Origin: a virus
Lineage: Duplodnaviria > Caudoviricetes
Direction: 5' to 3' (one strand)
DNA: 64,000 nt
IMG/VR virus record: IMGVR_UViG_2974692648_000001
Span: 1-64,000 of that record
The notes under the pieces were generated by a model that was not told where the DNA came from, did no database searches, and worked only from the letters and a program-made list of their open reading frames with translations. A program made the position numbers and the translations under genes. This document shows positions 19,143-28,300 of the stretch, one piece after another; within the stretch, counting starts at the first letter, position 1; every line of letters begins with the position of its first letter.

Positions 19143-19463
19143 TTAACGTTTAATGTTCATGCGTTGCACTAACTTATTCACCACGGCGGTGTCAATAATT
19201 AGTACCTCCTTCATGTCGCCTACAAACTGTGACGGATCCTCTACGTCATTAAGGAACGCCACAGTCCAGTGCAGATGTTGTGGGACATTGAAACTCTCCC
19301 ATAACACGCGATAGAAATCATAACGATGAGCGTGAAGGAAGCTTAGATCTTGAATAGGGTACTTGCCTGCTATCGATAACAAGTACTCTTTATTGGAACG
19401 GATCATTGTTTTATATTCGTCAGTAAAAAACTGATCCATAGCCGGTGGTAGATCAATCGCCAT
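19143..19463 (-). CDS. Small baseplate-wedge-like protein (T4 gp53/LysM-like)
   Basis: HLHWTVAFLNDVEDPSQF...VLIID resembles the W-x-I-x3-N-x3-DP...l-x-IP pattern of gp53/tail X proteins. AGGA RBS. Confidence 0.5.
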   Translation of the reverse strand: MAIDLPPAMDQFFTDEYKTMIRSNKEYLLSIAGKYPIQDLSFLHAHRYDFYRVLWESFNVPQHLHWTVAFLNDVEDPSQFVGDMKEVLIIDTAVVNKLVQRMNIKR

Positions 19464-19474
19464 TTGTCTATCCT

Positions 19475-19500
19475 AATTGAGTTCTATATTACCTGAGTGT
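19475..19500 (+). promoter_or_regulatory. Putative early promoter
   Basis: AATTGAGTTCTATATTACCTGAGTGT, contains an exact TATATTAC. Confidence 0.7.
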
Positions 19501-19532
19501 GAACCAACCTAAGTGACATCAAAGGTAGTCCA

Positions 19533-21635
19533 ATGAAAATCCATAAAATTGATAACCAAATTTTACCAGAAGTGGGATCCATAGCCATCAACCTAGGTGT
19601 GGGTACCCATAACGTGTCGGCTGCACGTAAGTATATGTCTGGTAACATGATTCCTAAGTCATGTCGTGCTAAGGGAATTACCAACCGTCGCATCACATCT
19701 GGTTTCGAGCGCCAGTATGGAGAGCATGCTCGAAAAATCGTTGCGCCTTGTAACATGGAAGTGGAGTTGGTTGTTTATCGTAAGTCCATTAATTCCAATG
19801 ACGCCAAGACGGATGATTGGGGAACAATCCACGTCGTTTATTTTGATGCGGACATGCAGCGTTACGACGTACTCCATTTACCTAAATATCACACCCATAA
19901 CTTCTATGTGGGTTTTGAGTACACCTACGATAAACAAATGCTAAATCGTTTACGTAAAGGTGCGACTTACGCTAAAGGTGAGGTCTTTGCCAAATCCCCG
20001 GGGATCAGTGAAACTGGTGAGTGGAAGTTTGGTTTAGAAACCATGGTCGCAGGTATGACATTACCAGCAACCGAAGAAGATGGCATCATGGTGCGTGAAG
20101 ATTACCTAGAGCGACTCATGGTGATGTTCGAACACGTTCGTAAATTCAGTTGGAATGAAGCGGAATACATTCCTGTGAACCTCTACGGGACTTTAGACAA
20201 CCCTAAAGCGTTCCCAGAAAATGGTGAACAAGTTCGTGAAGACGGTCTTGTAATGGCGTTCCGTCGTCGAGATGGTAATTCTGCACTTTCTTCTTTAACT
20301 AAGAAAGCGTTGATGAAACCAGACCTACTTTACGATGTGAAGTTCTACGCGCCACCTGGTTCTGTCGTTAAGAACATTGAGGTGCGCTCAGAGCGTCTTA
20401 AAGACCGCTCCAACAATCGTCGTGTGGAAAAGCCTAGCTATGCTCATACCAAGCTCCTAGAGCGTTATGAGACCGAAGATAACAACATGTGGTATTCCTT
20501 GAAGATCTGGTACTTCCAACAAGTCAAGAAATACAACAGCGAAGAAAAACTTCCGTTTACTCGTGAGTTGTTAGCCTTCATCTATCAAGCCTTCGGCAAC
20601 GTTACTAAAGATTACGCGGTTAATAAACCTAACTTCACTAAACGCACACACCGTAATAAGTCTTTATTGGACTGGAACGTGAAAGTGACATTAAAAGAAG
20701 ATGTCCCTGGTAAAGTCCGCTTTAAGTTGTCAGACTTGAATGGTGGTAAGTCAGTAATCGTTAAAACGTTTAAATTGGAAGATGCACCGGTGGATGAATA
20801 CGGTCGTAAAGCCGAGATCATCATTAACAACACACCTGCGTTCCGTCGTCAAATTTACGCGTCTTTAATGGAAGCCTCTATTAACTTCATTAACTTGAAC
20901 GTTTACGATAAAGTAATGGCTCTTCGCGAGCAAGGCGATTATCGTCAGGCTTACAAAGAATTACTGAACTTCTATGAAACAACGTCACCAGAATTCCACA
21001 AAATTGTAGAACGTGTAGGTAAAACTGATGACCAGTTTATCTTTGAACACGTAGACTACATTAAGAAAGAAGGAATGATTTCCATCCAACGTCGAAGTGA
21101 TTCGGAAGTTGTGGGTGTGGAGGTAATCCGTCGTCTTTCTGAGAAGTATGGTGATTGGAAACCAACTCGTGTCACTTACACTAATGAATTGGGTGAACGT
21201 GAGACAACATTGGAACCAGTGATCATCAGTAGCATGTATTATCTGTTGTTGGATAAGTTCGGTACAGAGATGTCCTCTGAGTCTTTCCCTAAACGTAACT
21301 TATATGGTTTACCTGCTAAGCTTAATGCTAACGATAAGTACAACAAATACTATCGCAGTAAGGTGGACCGTAACACGGGTGAAACTGAAGGACGTATCGC
21401 AGTATCCCATGAGGGTGGTGAAGAAACTGCTCGCATGCTGGCTTTAGCTAACTCACCAGAAGCTTCCCGTATGGCTATCAAACGTATCATTCGAAGTGAT
21501 GATCCATTTGGTGTACCTGAAGTGATAAAACGTGAAGAGTATAAAGCTAACCGTGCACTCCAACTAAGTATGAACATGTTAACTGACGCTGGTTATGAAT
21601 TAAGGGCTGAAAATGAAAACGATCTCTCTTCGTGA
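19533..21635 (+). CDS. nvRNAP beta C-terminal subunit (phiKZ gp71-73-like), uninterrupted
   Basis: EEDGI, KLSDLNGGKSVI (beta K-x4-G-x-K motif), IIIN, MYYLLLDK, GETEGR. Confidence 0.88.
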   Translation: MKIHKIDNQILPEVGSIAINLGVGTHNVSAARKYMSGNMIPKSCRAKGITNRRITSGFERQYGEHARKIVAPCNMEVELVVYRKSINSNDAKTDDWGTIHVVYFDADMQRYDVLHLPKYHTHNFYVGFEYTYDKQMLNRLRKGATYAKGEVFAKSPGISETGEWKFGLETMVAGMTLPATEEDGIMVREDYLERLMVMFEHVRKFSWNEAEYIPVNLYGTLDNPKAFPENGEQVREDGLVMAFRRRDGNSALSSLTKKALMKPDLLYDVKFYAPPGSVVKNIEVRSERLKDRSNNRRVEKPSYAHTKLLERYETEDNNMWYSLKIWYFQQVKKYNSEEKLPFTRELLAFIYQAFGNVTKDYAVNKPNFTKRTHRNKSLLDWNVKVTLKEDVPGKVRFKLSDLNGGKSVIVKTFKLEDAPVDEYGRKAEIIINNTPAFRRQIYASLMEASINFINLNVYDKVMALREQGDYRQAYKELLNFYETTSPEFHKIVERVGKTDDQFIFEHVDYIKKEGMISIQRRSDSEVVGVEVIRRLSEKYGDWKPTRVTYTNELGERETTLEPVIISSMYYLLLDKFGTEMSSESFPKRNLYGLPAKLNANDKYNKYYRSKVDRNTGETEGRIAVSHEGGEETARMLALANSPEASRMAIKRIIRSDDPFGVPEVIKREEYKANRALQLSMNMLTDAGYELRAENENDLSS

Positions 21636-23598
21636 ATTCGCTAATTTATCGGAACACCAAGTTATCGGATGGCGCAAAGATCTCAGTAAAGTCACTGTGA
21701 CTGATGATAATGGTGAGACTCTAGTTAGTAATACCTACGATCTCATCATGACTTGGTATGGTCTGGAATTACATCGTCGATACGAGCATTTGAACATCCC
21801 TTACACTACTAAGGAGATCATTCATTGTAAAGTTTATAATGATGCGACATTGCAACGCCCGTTGCAGTATATGTTAGACATTTTGATGTCCCATGTTAAC
21901 GATCCCGTGGAAGCGGACCTAATCAAACAAATCGTTTATGTGTGGCATTTTAAGATTAATAACATCCTAGTTTACCTCGGTTCCCCCGGGGTAATCTCTG
22001 CTACCGCAGAAGACGTTATGGAAGTCTTCAATCACCCTAAGATCGCTGATATTCGTAAGCGACTAAGGGCTGGTGAATTGACTTACGATGAGGCTGAAGA
22101 AGAATTCAAGCAAACGGTATTGCGTGAATCGACTTTGGACTTCTCAACGTTCATTATGCAGGCTCGAACGGGCGCAGTGTCAATTAACCAGGGTTTCCAG
22201 ACCTTCATTTCACGTGGTGCGTGTTTTGACTTGAACAACCGTATCATGCCAAACCCTATCGAACCATCGTTTGCTGAAGGCATTACCAATTTGGCAGACA
22301 TCTTAGCGGAGTCCCGTTCAGCGGGCAAGGCGTTGGTATCTAACGGTAAGGCGCTGGAAGATTCGGAATGGTTCCACCGTAAACTGCACTTAACCACATC
22401 CCCAGTAAAAGACATTGATCATTACACCGACTGTGGTACCAACACAGTAATTCCTATTGAGTTAAAGTCTAAGGAATTGATCAATTCCCTTCAAGGTAAA
22501 TACTATCATGATGAGGATGGTAGTGTTCACCTTATCACAAGGGAACGTGTCAAAAAGCTAAAGGTAGGTGAAACCATTCACGTGCGTTCAATTCAATTCT
22601 GTCGTAACGAGAAAGCACCATGTGCGGTGTGTTACGGTCAAATGCGAATGTCCGTTCCTTATAACGTGATCATGCGTAAATCAGCCAACCCAGGGATGTT
22701 AAGTGGAACGGCGGTAGCGGAACCTATCGGTCAGGGGATGTTGTCGACTAAACACTTTATGCGACATGTGCAAGCGGTGCCGTTTACGGTAATGGCGGGT
22801 GACCACGAATACATTACCACCAACGGTGATGATATTTTCTTGAAACCCGAGATGGTTAAATGTTCTACTCGTATCCAACTCCCTGTTTCTATGGTGAGTG
22901 AGTTAACTGACTTACGTTCTATGGAAAACTTGGATGAGGTGCAAGATGATCAATTAACTTGTTTCCCAACATTAACCTTGACGTATGAAATGGAAGACCC
23001 TATGTTACCGGGTACCAAGACGGAAACCACCGTCCACTTGGATACACAGGTCAGCTCTAGACAAGCTCGTATGTCCAAAGAGTTCATTGAATACACCATG
23101 ATCAAGGGTTGGGAAAAGACCAAGAAGTACATCGAAATAGATGTCACAGACTTTGATCCAGATTACCCACTACTTAGCCTGCCTTACGTTTATGAGGACT
23201 TGGATAAGTACCGTAGTGAAATCGAGTCTTTCTTGGCTCTGTCTCGTCGTAATAAAGCTTGGCGTGATACTCAGGTAACACCAGAGTTCTTTGGTCAGGT
23301 TATGGTCGACTTTTGGTTGCTCATTAACCGTAAGTTCAAAAACATCAACATGGTCCACATTGAAACCCTACTGCACAGCACCACCGCAGTGGCTCCTAAC
23401 GAGGGATTGTATAGGTTGCCGGTGGGGGATGAACCTCGTTACTTTATTCCGTTTAAGAACGCAATAGAGAATCGTGGTTTCGGTTCTTTGTTGATCTACC
23501 AAGGTCAAAACAAAGTGATTGAGTCCCCGTCTACGTTCTATGTGAAAGAACGTCAGGCAACGGCAATGGAGTGTTTCTTTACTAATTCTGTTAACTAG
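21613..23598 (+). CDS. nvRNAP beta-prime C-terminal subunit (phiKZ gp74-like)
   Basis: Bridge-helix-like SRSAGKAL...FHRKL, DCGT, Zn site C..CAVCYG, trigger-loop-like AEPIGQGMLSTKH, HIETLL. Confidence 0.88.
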   Translation: MKTISLREFANLSEHQVIGWRKDLSKVTVTDDNGETLVSNTYDLIMTWYGLELHRRYEHLNIPYTTKEIIHCKVYNDATLQRPLQYMLDILMSHVNDPVEADLIKQIVYVWHFKINNILVYLGSPGVISATAEDVMEVFNHPKIADIRKRLRAGELTYDEAEEEFKQTVLRESTLDFSTFIMQARTGAVSINQGFQTFISRGACFDLNNRIMPNPIEPSFAEGITNLADILAESRSAGKALVSNGKALEDSEWFHRKLHLTTSPVKDIDHYTDCGTNTVIPIELKSKELINSLQGKYYHDEDGSVHLITRERVKKLKVGETIHVRSIQFCRNEKAPCAVCYGQMRMSVPYNVIMRKSANPGMLSGTAVAEPIGQGMLSTKHFMRHVQAVPFTVMAGDHEYITTNGDDIFLKPEMVKCSTRIQLPVSMVSELTDLRSMENLDEVQDDQLTCFPTLTLTYEMEDPMLPGTKTETTVHLDTQVSSRQARMSKEFIEYTMIKGWEKTKKYIEIDVTDFDPDYPLLSLPYVYEDLDKYRSEIESFLALSRRNKAWRDTQVTPEFFGQVMVDFWLLINRKFKNINMVHIETLLHSTTAVAPNEGLYRLPVGDEPRYFIPFKNAIENRGFGSLLIYQGQNKVIESPSTFYVKERQATAMECFFTNSVN

Positions 23599-23606
23599 GA
23601 GGTAAC

Positions 23607-25139
23607 ATGCGCTCTACTGTGACAGTGTGGAAGGGCGGGACTTACCTAAGAATAACAGACTACAAAGCGCCGTTCGTGCAAGACGTCATCATGCCGTTTT
23701 GTCGTCGGCGTTTATATCGTTTAGGTCAAGTACCCATTCCGGGGACAAGACAAAAGCGAACTGTAGTTACTCATTCTTTTGCTCGTTTGAATAATGACCG
23801 TAGTGAGTTTCGTATCTCCGCGGGTTTGCTTGATGACTTCATCCAGTTTATGGAAGGGGTTGGATATAAGCAGTCTCGTGTTAAGATTAAAGACGAACCG
23901 GTCATAAAAGGAAAGGACGTTGGGTTTAAATGGAAAGAGGGATGGGGAGCTCCTAGAGCGCATCAGGAAGACTGGTGTGAGTATCAGCTAGCCGAAGGTC
24001 CAGTAAAGGTTAACAACGCCCAAACAGGTGATGGGAAAACGTTTATGGCGACCCACACCATGGTGAACACCGGTAAGCGGACACTCATTACGTGTCTGCC
24101 TCGCTACGTGTCCATTTGGTTTGAGTCGTTAGGTAACTCGGTGGAGTTGAACCCTGAGGATATCATGTTGGTGGGTAATGGTAAGATCGAAGAAGCTGCC
24201 GAGACTATTAAAGAAGGTCGAGCGGATCCAAAGATCGTTATTCTTCCACTAACCCGTTATGATACCTACCTCAAGCGTGAGCGTGAAGAAGATATCCCGT
24301 GTTTAGATGAAGTTTTCTCTGACATGGAGATTGGCCTTCGTATCATGGATGAAGCACACGAAGATATTTATCGTGTCTATATGTCCATGTTGTTCGGTAA
24401 CTTCGAGAAAACCATCGCGCTTTCTGCGACATTAAAGGCAGACGATCCATTCGTTAACGATATCTATCGTTACGTTTATCCGCCCGCTATGCGACTCAAA
24501 GAACCTGAGTACAAAAAGTTCATCGACGTAATTGCTTACCATCATTACATCGACATGCAGAAATACCGTATCAACACCAAAGGTTTTGGTGGGTACTCTC
24601 ATGTTAAGTATGAACAAGCCATACTCAAATCACCTAAGTTGTATTCCCAGTACTTAGACTTGTGTAAACAAGCCTTTGAAGAATTCTACGTGAATGATCA
24701 TAAAGAAGGTCAGAAGTGTTTGTGGTTCTTTAGTACTGTGGAAATGGCAACTCGGATGAAGGAAGACTTTGAGGAAGCGTACCCAGATATGGATATCTGG
24801 AAGTTCACTAACACGGAGTCTAAGAACAAAGAAACGGAAATGTCCTACATGGAACACCAAGTTGTCTTTACTACACCTCAGTCTTGTGGTACCGGTAAGG
24901 ATATACCAGACTTGGCAGTAGCGTTCAGTCCGTATGCTTGCTCGTCTAGACAACGTAATGACCAGATGTTAGGTCGTACACGTCCGTTGAAGAACTACCC
25001 GGGCGATAATCCTAAATTTGTGTACTTTGTGTGCAGCTCTATTCCTAAACAAAAAGAGTACCACCAAAAACGCAAACAGTTATTTGCTGTGAAATCCAAA
25101 TCTCACCGCAACATCAATTCCTTCCACCACATTACTTAG
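23607..25139 (+). CDS. Superfamily 2 DExH helicase (phiKZ gp75-like)
   Basis: AQTGDGKT, MDEAH, LSAT, GTGKDIP, QMLGRTR. GGAGG RBS. Confidence 0.9.
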   Translation: MRSTVTVWKGGTYLRITDYKAPFVQDVIMPFCRRRLYRLGQVPIPGTRQKRTVVTHSFARLNNDRSEFRISAGLLDDFIQFMEGVGYKQSRVKIKDEPVIKGKDVGFKWKEGWGAPRAHQEDWCEYQLAEGPVKVNNAQTGDGKTFMATHTMVNTGKRTLITCLPRYVSIWFESLGNSVELNPEDIMLVGNGKIEEAAETIKEGRADPKIVILPLTRYDTYLKREREEDIPCLDEVFSDMEIGLRIMDEAHEDIYRVYMSMLFGNFEKTIALSATLKADDPFVNDIYRYVYPPAMRLKEPEYKKFIDVIAYHHYIDMQKYRINTKGFGGYSHVKYEQAILKSPKLYSQYLDLCKQAFEEFYVNDHKEGQKCLWFFSTVEMATRMKEDFEEAYPDMDIWKFTNTESKNKETEMSYMEHQVVFTTPQSCGTGKDIPDLAVAFSPYACSSRQRNDQMLGRTRPLKNYPGDNPKFVYFVCSSIPKQKEYHQKRKQLFAVKSKSHRNINSFHHIT

Positions 25140-25162
25140 ACTACTAATATCGACCTGAAATT

Positions 25163-25188
25163 ACTTCAGGTCGATATTATCTAAGTGT
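25163..25188 (+). promoter_or_regulatory. Putative early promoter embedded in a 15-bp inverted repeat
   Basis: ACTTCAGGTCGATATTATCTAAGTGT. Repeat arms at 25145-25159 and 25165-25179. Confidence 0.6.
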
Positions 25189-25204
25189 TTACAGGAGAAT
25201 AGAC

Positions 25205-25528
25205 ATGTCAGAACAGAATAGAAACATTAACTTAAACCTTTCAATCAACGTAACGTATTATTCGTTATTCAAGGAAGATAACTCATTAAAGCTTCTTGCT
25301 AACTTATTCCTTGAAGATCATCCAAACGCGGTAGAACCTAAAATCGTACATGATGTAGTTCCTGACTGGAAAGCAGAGTTATTGGAAAGTCTCCATACTT
25401 TGCTTAAGACTGAAGAAGAAGGTCGTTTGTTTGGAGAACAATTAATTCGTAACTATTCGGAAGGTTACGTGCTAAATAACGTAAAGGTCGCTAAGCAATA
25501 CGTCATGTTAACCTTTCAACCTCAATAG
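25205..25528 (+). CDS. Hypothetical early protein
   Basis: 107 aa, AGGAG RBS, first gene after an early promoter. Confidence 0.7.
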   Translation: MSEQNRNINLNLSINVTYYSLFKEDNSLKLLANLFLEDHPNAVEPKIVHDVVPDWKAELLESLHTLLKTEEEGRLFGEQLIRNYSEGYVLNNVKVAKQYVMLTFQPQ

Positions 25529-25537
25529 GAAACCTCA

Positions 25538-25981
25538 ATGACGTCCAAGGATAATACCACCAAAAGTATTTTTGTAAACATTGATAATCAATGGGGTTAC
25601 CCCGACGATGCTTTCGATGCTGTTTTAGATCATCTTTGTTCGTTATTAATTTCCACCAAAATGAACCCGGAAGAGATCCATGAAGATCTAGGAATAGCAG
25701 TGGATTCGGTCTTGGAACTCTACGACCCAAGATATCACGAGGACATAAGTGATTATGCCGTCTTAGCAGATATAGAGAATCGATATTTTGAAACCCTAGA
25801 TAACGCTAAGAATCTACTTGACATCGTGTTGGGGGACCATCAAGAACTTCGCTCTGTTTATATGTGTAATATAAAGGATGTTGAAGTCGTAAAAATTTCA
25901 GATCAATGGGGGTTGGTAAGAATTGTGATCAACCCGCCTGGAGCTGCCCTATGGAATCAACCAACAACCCAAGGTACTTAA
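25538..25981 (+). CDS. Hypothetical acidic protein
   Basis: 147 aa, AGGA RBS. Confidence 0.7.
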   Translation: MTSKDNTTKSIFVNIDNQWGYPDDAFDAVLDHLCSLLISTKMNPEEIHEDLGIAVDSVLELYDPRYHEDISDYAVLADIENRYFETLDNAKNLLDIVLGDHQELRSVYMCNIKDVEVVKISDQWGLVRIVINPPGAALWNQPTTQGT

Positions 25982-26361
25982 CGGTACCTTTCTTTTATTT
26001 GTTACCCAATAACGAACACATCTCACATGAGTGTTATCTGCGAGCGATAGAAGTTGCTTTACATGATATCTTTGTGTTCGGTTCATACCAACCAACCATT
26101 TTATCCGGTGTTGTCAGTACCGTGATGGACGAATACGAAGGCATGCACGGACCTGTGTCCTACAGCAATGCTTTTGATGAAACCTACGGTGGGTTAAATG
26201 CTTTCTTGGAGGACTTCATCACCAGTCCCCAGAACTATGACTCTATCAACACTTTAACTACTTTACACGGTATGGGGGAAATCCACACCATCCAAACTTC
26301 GCAAAACTACGCTAACATTATATTGTTAGTAAATTCCCCACTATCGTTAATCAACTCATAA
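25951..26361 (+). CDS. Hypothetical protein
   Basis: Start moved to ATG 25951 (GGAG RBS). Confidence 0.65.
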   Translation: MESTNNPRYLTVPFFYLLPNNEHISHECYLRAIEVALHDIFVFGSYQPTILSGVVSTVMDEYEGMHGPVSYSNAFDETYGGLNAFLEDFITSPQNYDSINTLTTLHGMGEIHTIQTSQNYANIILLVNSPLSLINS

Positions 26362-26380
26362 TTAAAAAAGGAACCATCCC

Positions 26381-26821
26381 ATGCAATACAACCTAATGGG
26401 CGAACCATCAGCACTAGCTAAAGTTAACGAAATTCTAACTTACGACACTCAAACTGCTTTCTTCCTTATGGTGTTAGAAGAGCTGGCTAACAAACATCGT
26501 ACTGATCTAGCTGGTCCACCGCCTATTGAAGAAGGTGAAGATTACGACCCAGAGCAAGACAATGAAACTCGAATTGAAGAGTTCGCTGAACGTGTGCTGG
26601 GCGAGTGTCCGGAAGATCGTACTGAAGAAGAACATCAGTCAATGTTAAAGTCACTGACAGCAGACATTCTAGACTTGTTCGAATTAGTTACGGATGCTTT
26701 CCTAAGCAACCCGGATAACTCAGATCAGATCAACGTTCTAGCTAACCAAGACTTTGCAGTGCCTCGTGACTTCACTTGGACTACTGGTCAGAATGGTGGC
26801 TTCGTGTTTATCTTTAAATAA
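26381..26821 (+). CDS. Hypothetical acidic protein
   Basis: 146 aa, AAGGA RBS, strong codon bias. Confidence 0.75.
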   Translation: MQYNLMGEPSALAKVNEILTYDTQTAFFLMVLEELANKHRTDLAGPPPIEEGEDYDPEQDNETRIEEFAERVLGECPEDRTEEEHQSMLKSLTADILDLFELVTDAFLSNPDNSDQINVLANQDFAVPRDFTWTTGQNGGFVFIFK

Positions 26822-26831
26822 CGAACGCATA

Positions 26832-26886
26832 TATAACTCCGTACTCCCTAGGGAGTACGGAGTTATAACTGTTCTTGTTTTTTTTT
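26832..26886 (+). terminator. Terminator formed by a perfect 36-bp palindrome
   Basis: tataactccgtactccct|agggagtacggagttata (26832-26867), then a spacer and T9. Confidence 0.8.
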
Positions 26887-26892
26887 CTATCT

Positions 26893-26980
26893 AAAAAAGA
26901 GGGGGCGCTGCCTGCCCCCAAACATCCCTACCAAACATTAGGTTAAGGAACCATCAGAAAGAAAAAGACACCAAAGTGCC
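26893..26980 (-). ncRNA. Candidate late small RNA (~88 nt) with an anti-SD segment
   Basis: Late-type motif ACGATTATATG ends at the putative +1 G26980. 5' hairpin GGCAC-UUUG-GUGUC, U-rich linker with GAUGGUUCCUUAA, terminator GGGGGC/GCCCCC-UCUUUUUU. Confidence 0.45.
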
Positions 26981-26998
26981 ATATAATCGTTATCTGGT

Positions 26999-28300
26999 TT
27001 ATTCAAAGAGTTCTTGGAGAGTATATGTCTTGACAGACATCGAACTCGTATGCATGCCTTTCATTCTTTGTAGCATGAAACCTGTAGCAATGTCCGAACA
27101 TTCCATTGATAGTGCGTCAGCTGCGTCTGAGAGTGCGTCACCCACACATACCTTACAGTAGTTACCTTCTGGTGTTACACAGGTGTTAGGGGTTCGGAAC
27201 TTAATGTCACGACCAATTAAGTTTTTCTCCGTACCAGTCCAACGTTTCAACGAACCACCTTCTCCTAATATGTAGTAAGAACCTGTCCACATTTTAACCT
27301 GATCTTCGGTAATGTGAACTGACTCATAAACCTTAGACTTACAATCATCTTCAGGAATAGTAATACGGGATGTCAAACGTTGGATGTCCTTAACCGCTGC
27401 ACCACCTTCACCAGTTGCTTTACCGCGGTCATAAGAACCCGCAATCGCTGTGTTGATGTATTGGTGTAGGTGATCCATATCCCAACCATCATCGAGCGAT
27501 TTATGCAAGAATGTCCATTCACCAGTGTTCCAGTCTTGTTCAGCACCGAAAGCAATGAACATACGTTTACGGGCGTTATCAATAAACTTCTTATTGATAA
27601 AGAAGTCTTTAGAATCACCCTTGAGCTGGATCTCCATGTCCTTAGCAACCAGCTGGTCGATAATCCACGCTGCTTTAATCGGGTCATGAATAGCGTCAGG
27701 GTTCTCTTTAAGGAGTTTGGCTTTCAGTTCCAACAGTTCTTTATCAACAGTCAATGCTTGGATAGATGCCGCTTTACAGAAGACGTTGTTTAAACCCATC
27801 AGGTAATTGAACTGCTTAGTCACCTTATGACAATCATCAACACTACACTTACCCGGAGGAACTGTTTCACCTTCTTCAGGGTTATCTACCATCACCTCAC
27901 TAATGATGCGCTTAACGTCACCCGCATTCATTACTTTATTGTGGTAAGGTACAGTATCCTTTAATGCCTCATAAAACACCACACGGTTTACCAACAACAA
28001 CCCCATGGTGGTTTCTAGCTCTCCTTCGACTCTAGGATCAAAGTTAGAGTCTATGGTGATGCGTTCGTCCTTATAACAAAAAGGTGCGCTTAAATCGCCT
28101 TCTACGCGCTCTGTCGTGCCATCGTCTTTATAGAAGTAAAACCCTTCCCCGTCTCGGTAAAGTGCGTACTTGATCTTACTCAGAATACGGGCAGTTTCCT
28201 CGTCATCTGATAACTTCGTAAAGACGCTAAGCAACCATGCTTTTTTCTGATAACAGCGAGATTGAAAACAGAGTTTAAGGTACTCATGCTTCGTAATCAT
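26999..28300 (-). CDS. Virion RNAP beta-prime C-terminal subunit (phiKZ gp80-like)
   Basis: SLDDGW, GSYDRGKATGEGG (bridge helix), DDCKS, RTPNTC..YCKVCVG, MKGMH (trigger loop). Confidence 0.85.
   Translation of the reverse strand: MITKHEYLKLCFQSRCYQKKAWLLSVFTKLSDDEETARILSKIKYALYRDGEGFYFYKDDGTTERVEGDLSAPFCYKDERITIDSNFDPRVEGELETTMGLLLVNRVVFYEALKDTVPYHNKVMNAGDVKRIISEVMVDNPEEGETVPPGKCSVDDCHKVTKQFNYLMGLNNVFCKAASIQALTVDKELLELKAKLLKENPDAIHDPIKAAWIIDQLVAKDMEIQLKGDSKDFFINKKFIDNARKRMFIAFGAEQDWNTGEWTFLHKSLDDGWDMDHLHQYINTAIAGSYDRGKATGEGGAAVKDIQRLTSRITIPEDDCKSKVYESVHITEDQVKMWTGSYYILGEGGSLKRWTGTEKNLIGRDIKFRTPNTCVTPEGNYCKVCVGDALSDAADALSMECSDIATGFMLQRMKGMHTSSMSVKTYTLQELFE

Noticed and set aside
19533-21635. 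Intron or intein in the nvRNAP beta gene, as in phiKZ gp71-73
   Set aside because: Continuous 700-aa ORF with no visible insertion or intein end motifs
26936-26982. 14-codon minus-strand ORF MALWCLFLSDGSLT
   Set aside because: No RBS, and its ATG overlaps the putative promoter TATG, so the predicted transcript would not contain the full start codon
26976-27161. 61-aa plus-strand ORF antisense to the virion RNAP 3' end
   Set aside because: GTG start about 25 nt from the nearest SD-like sequence, lying almost wholly antisense to a conserved gene
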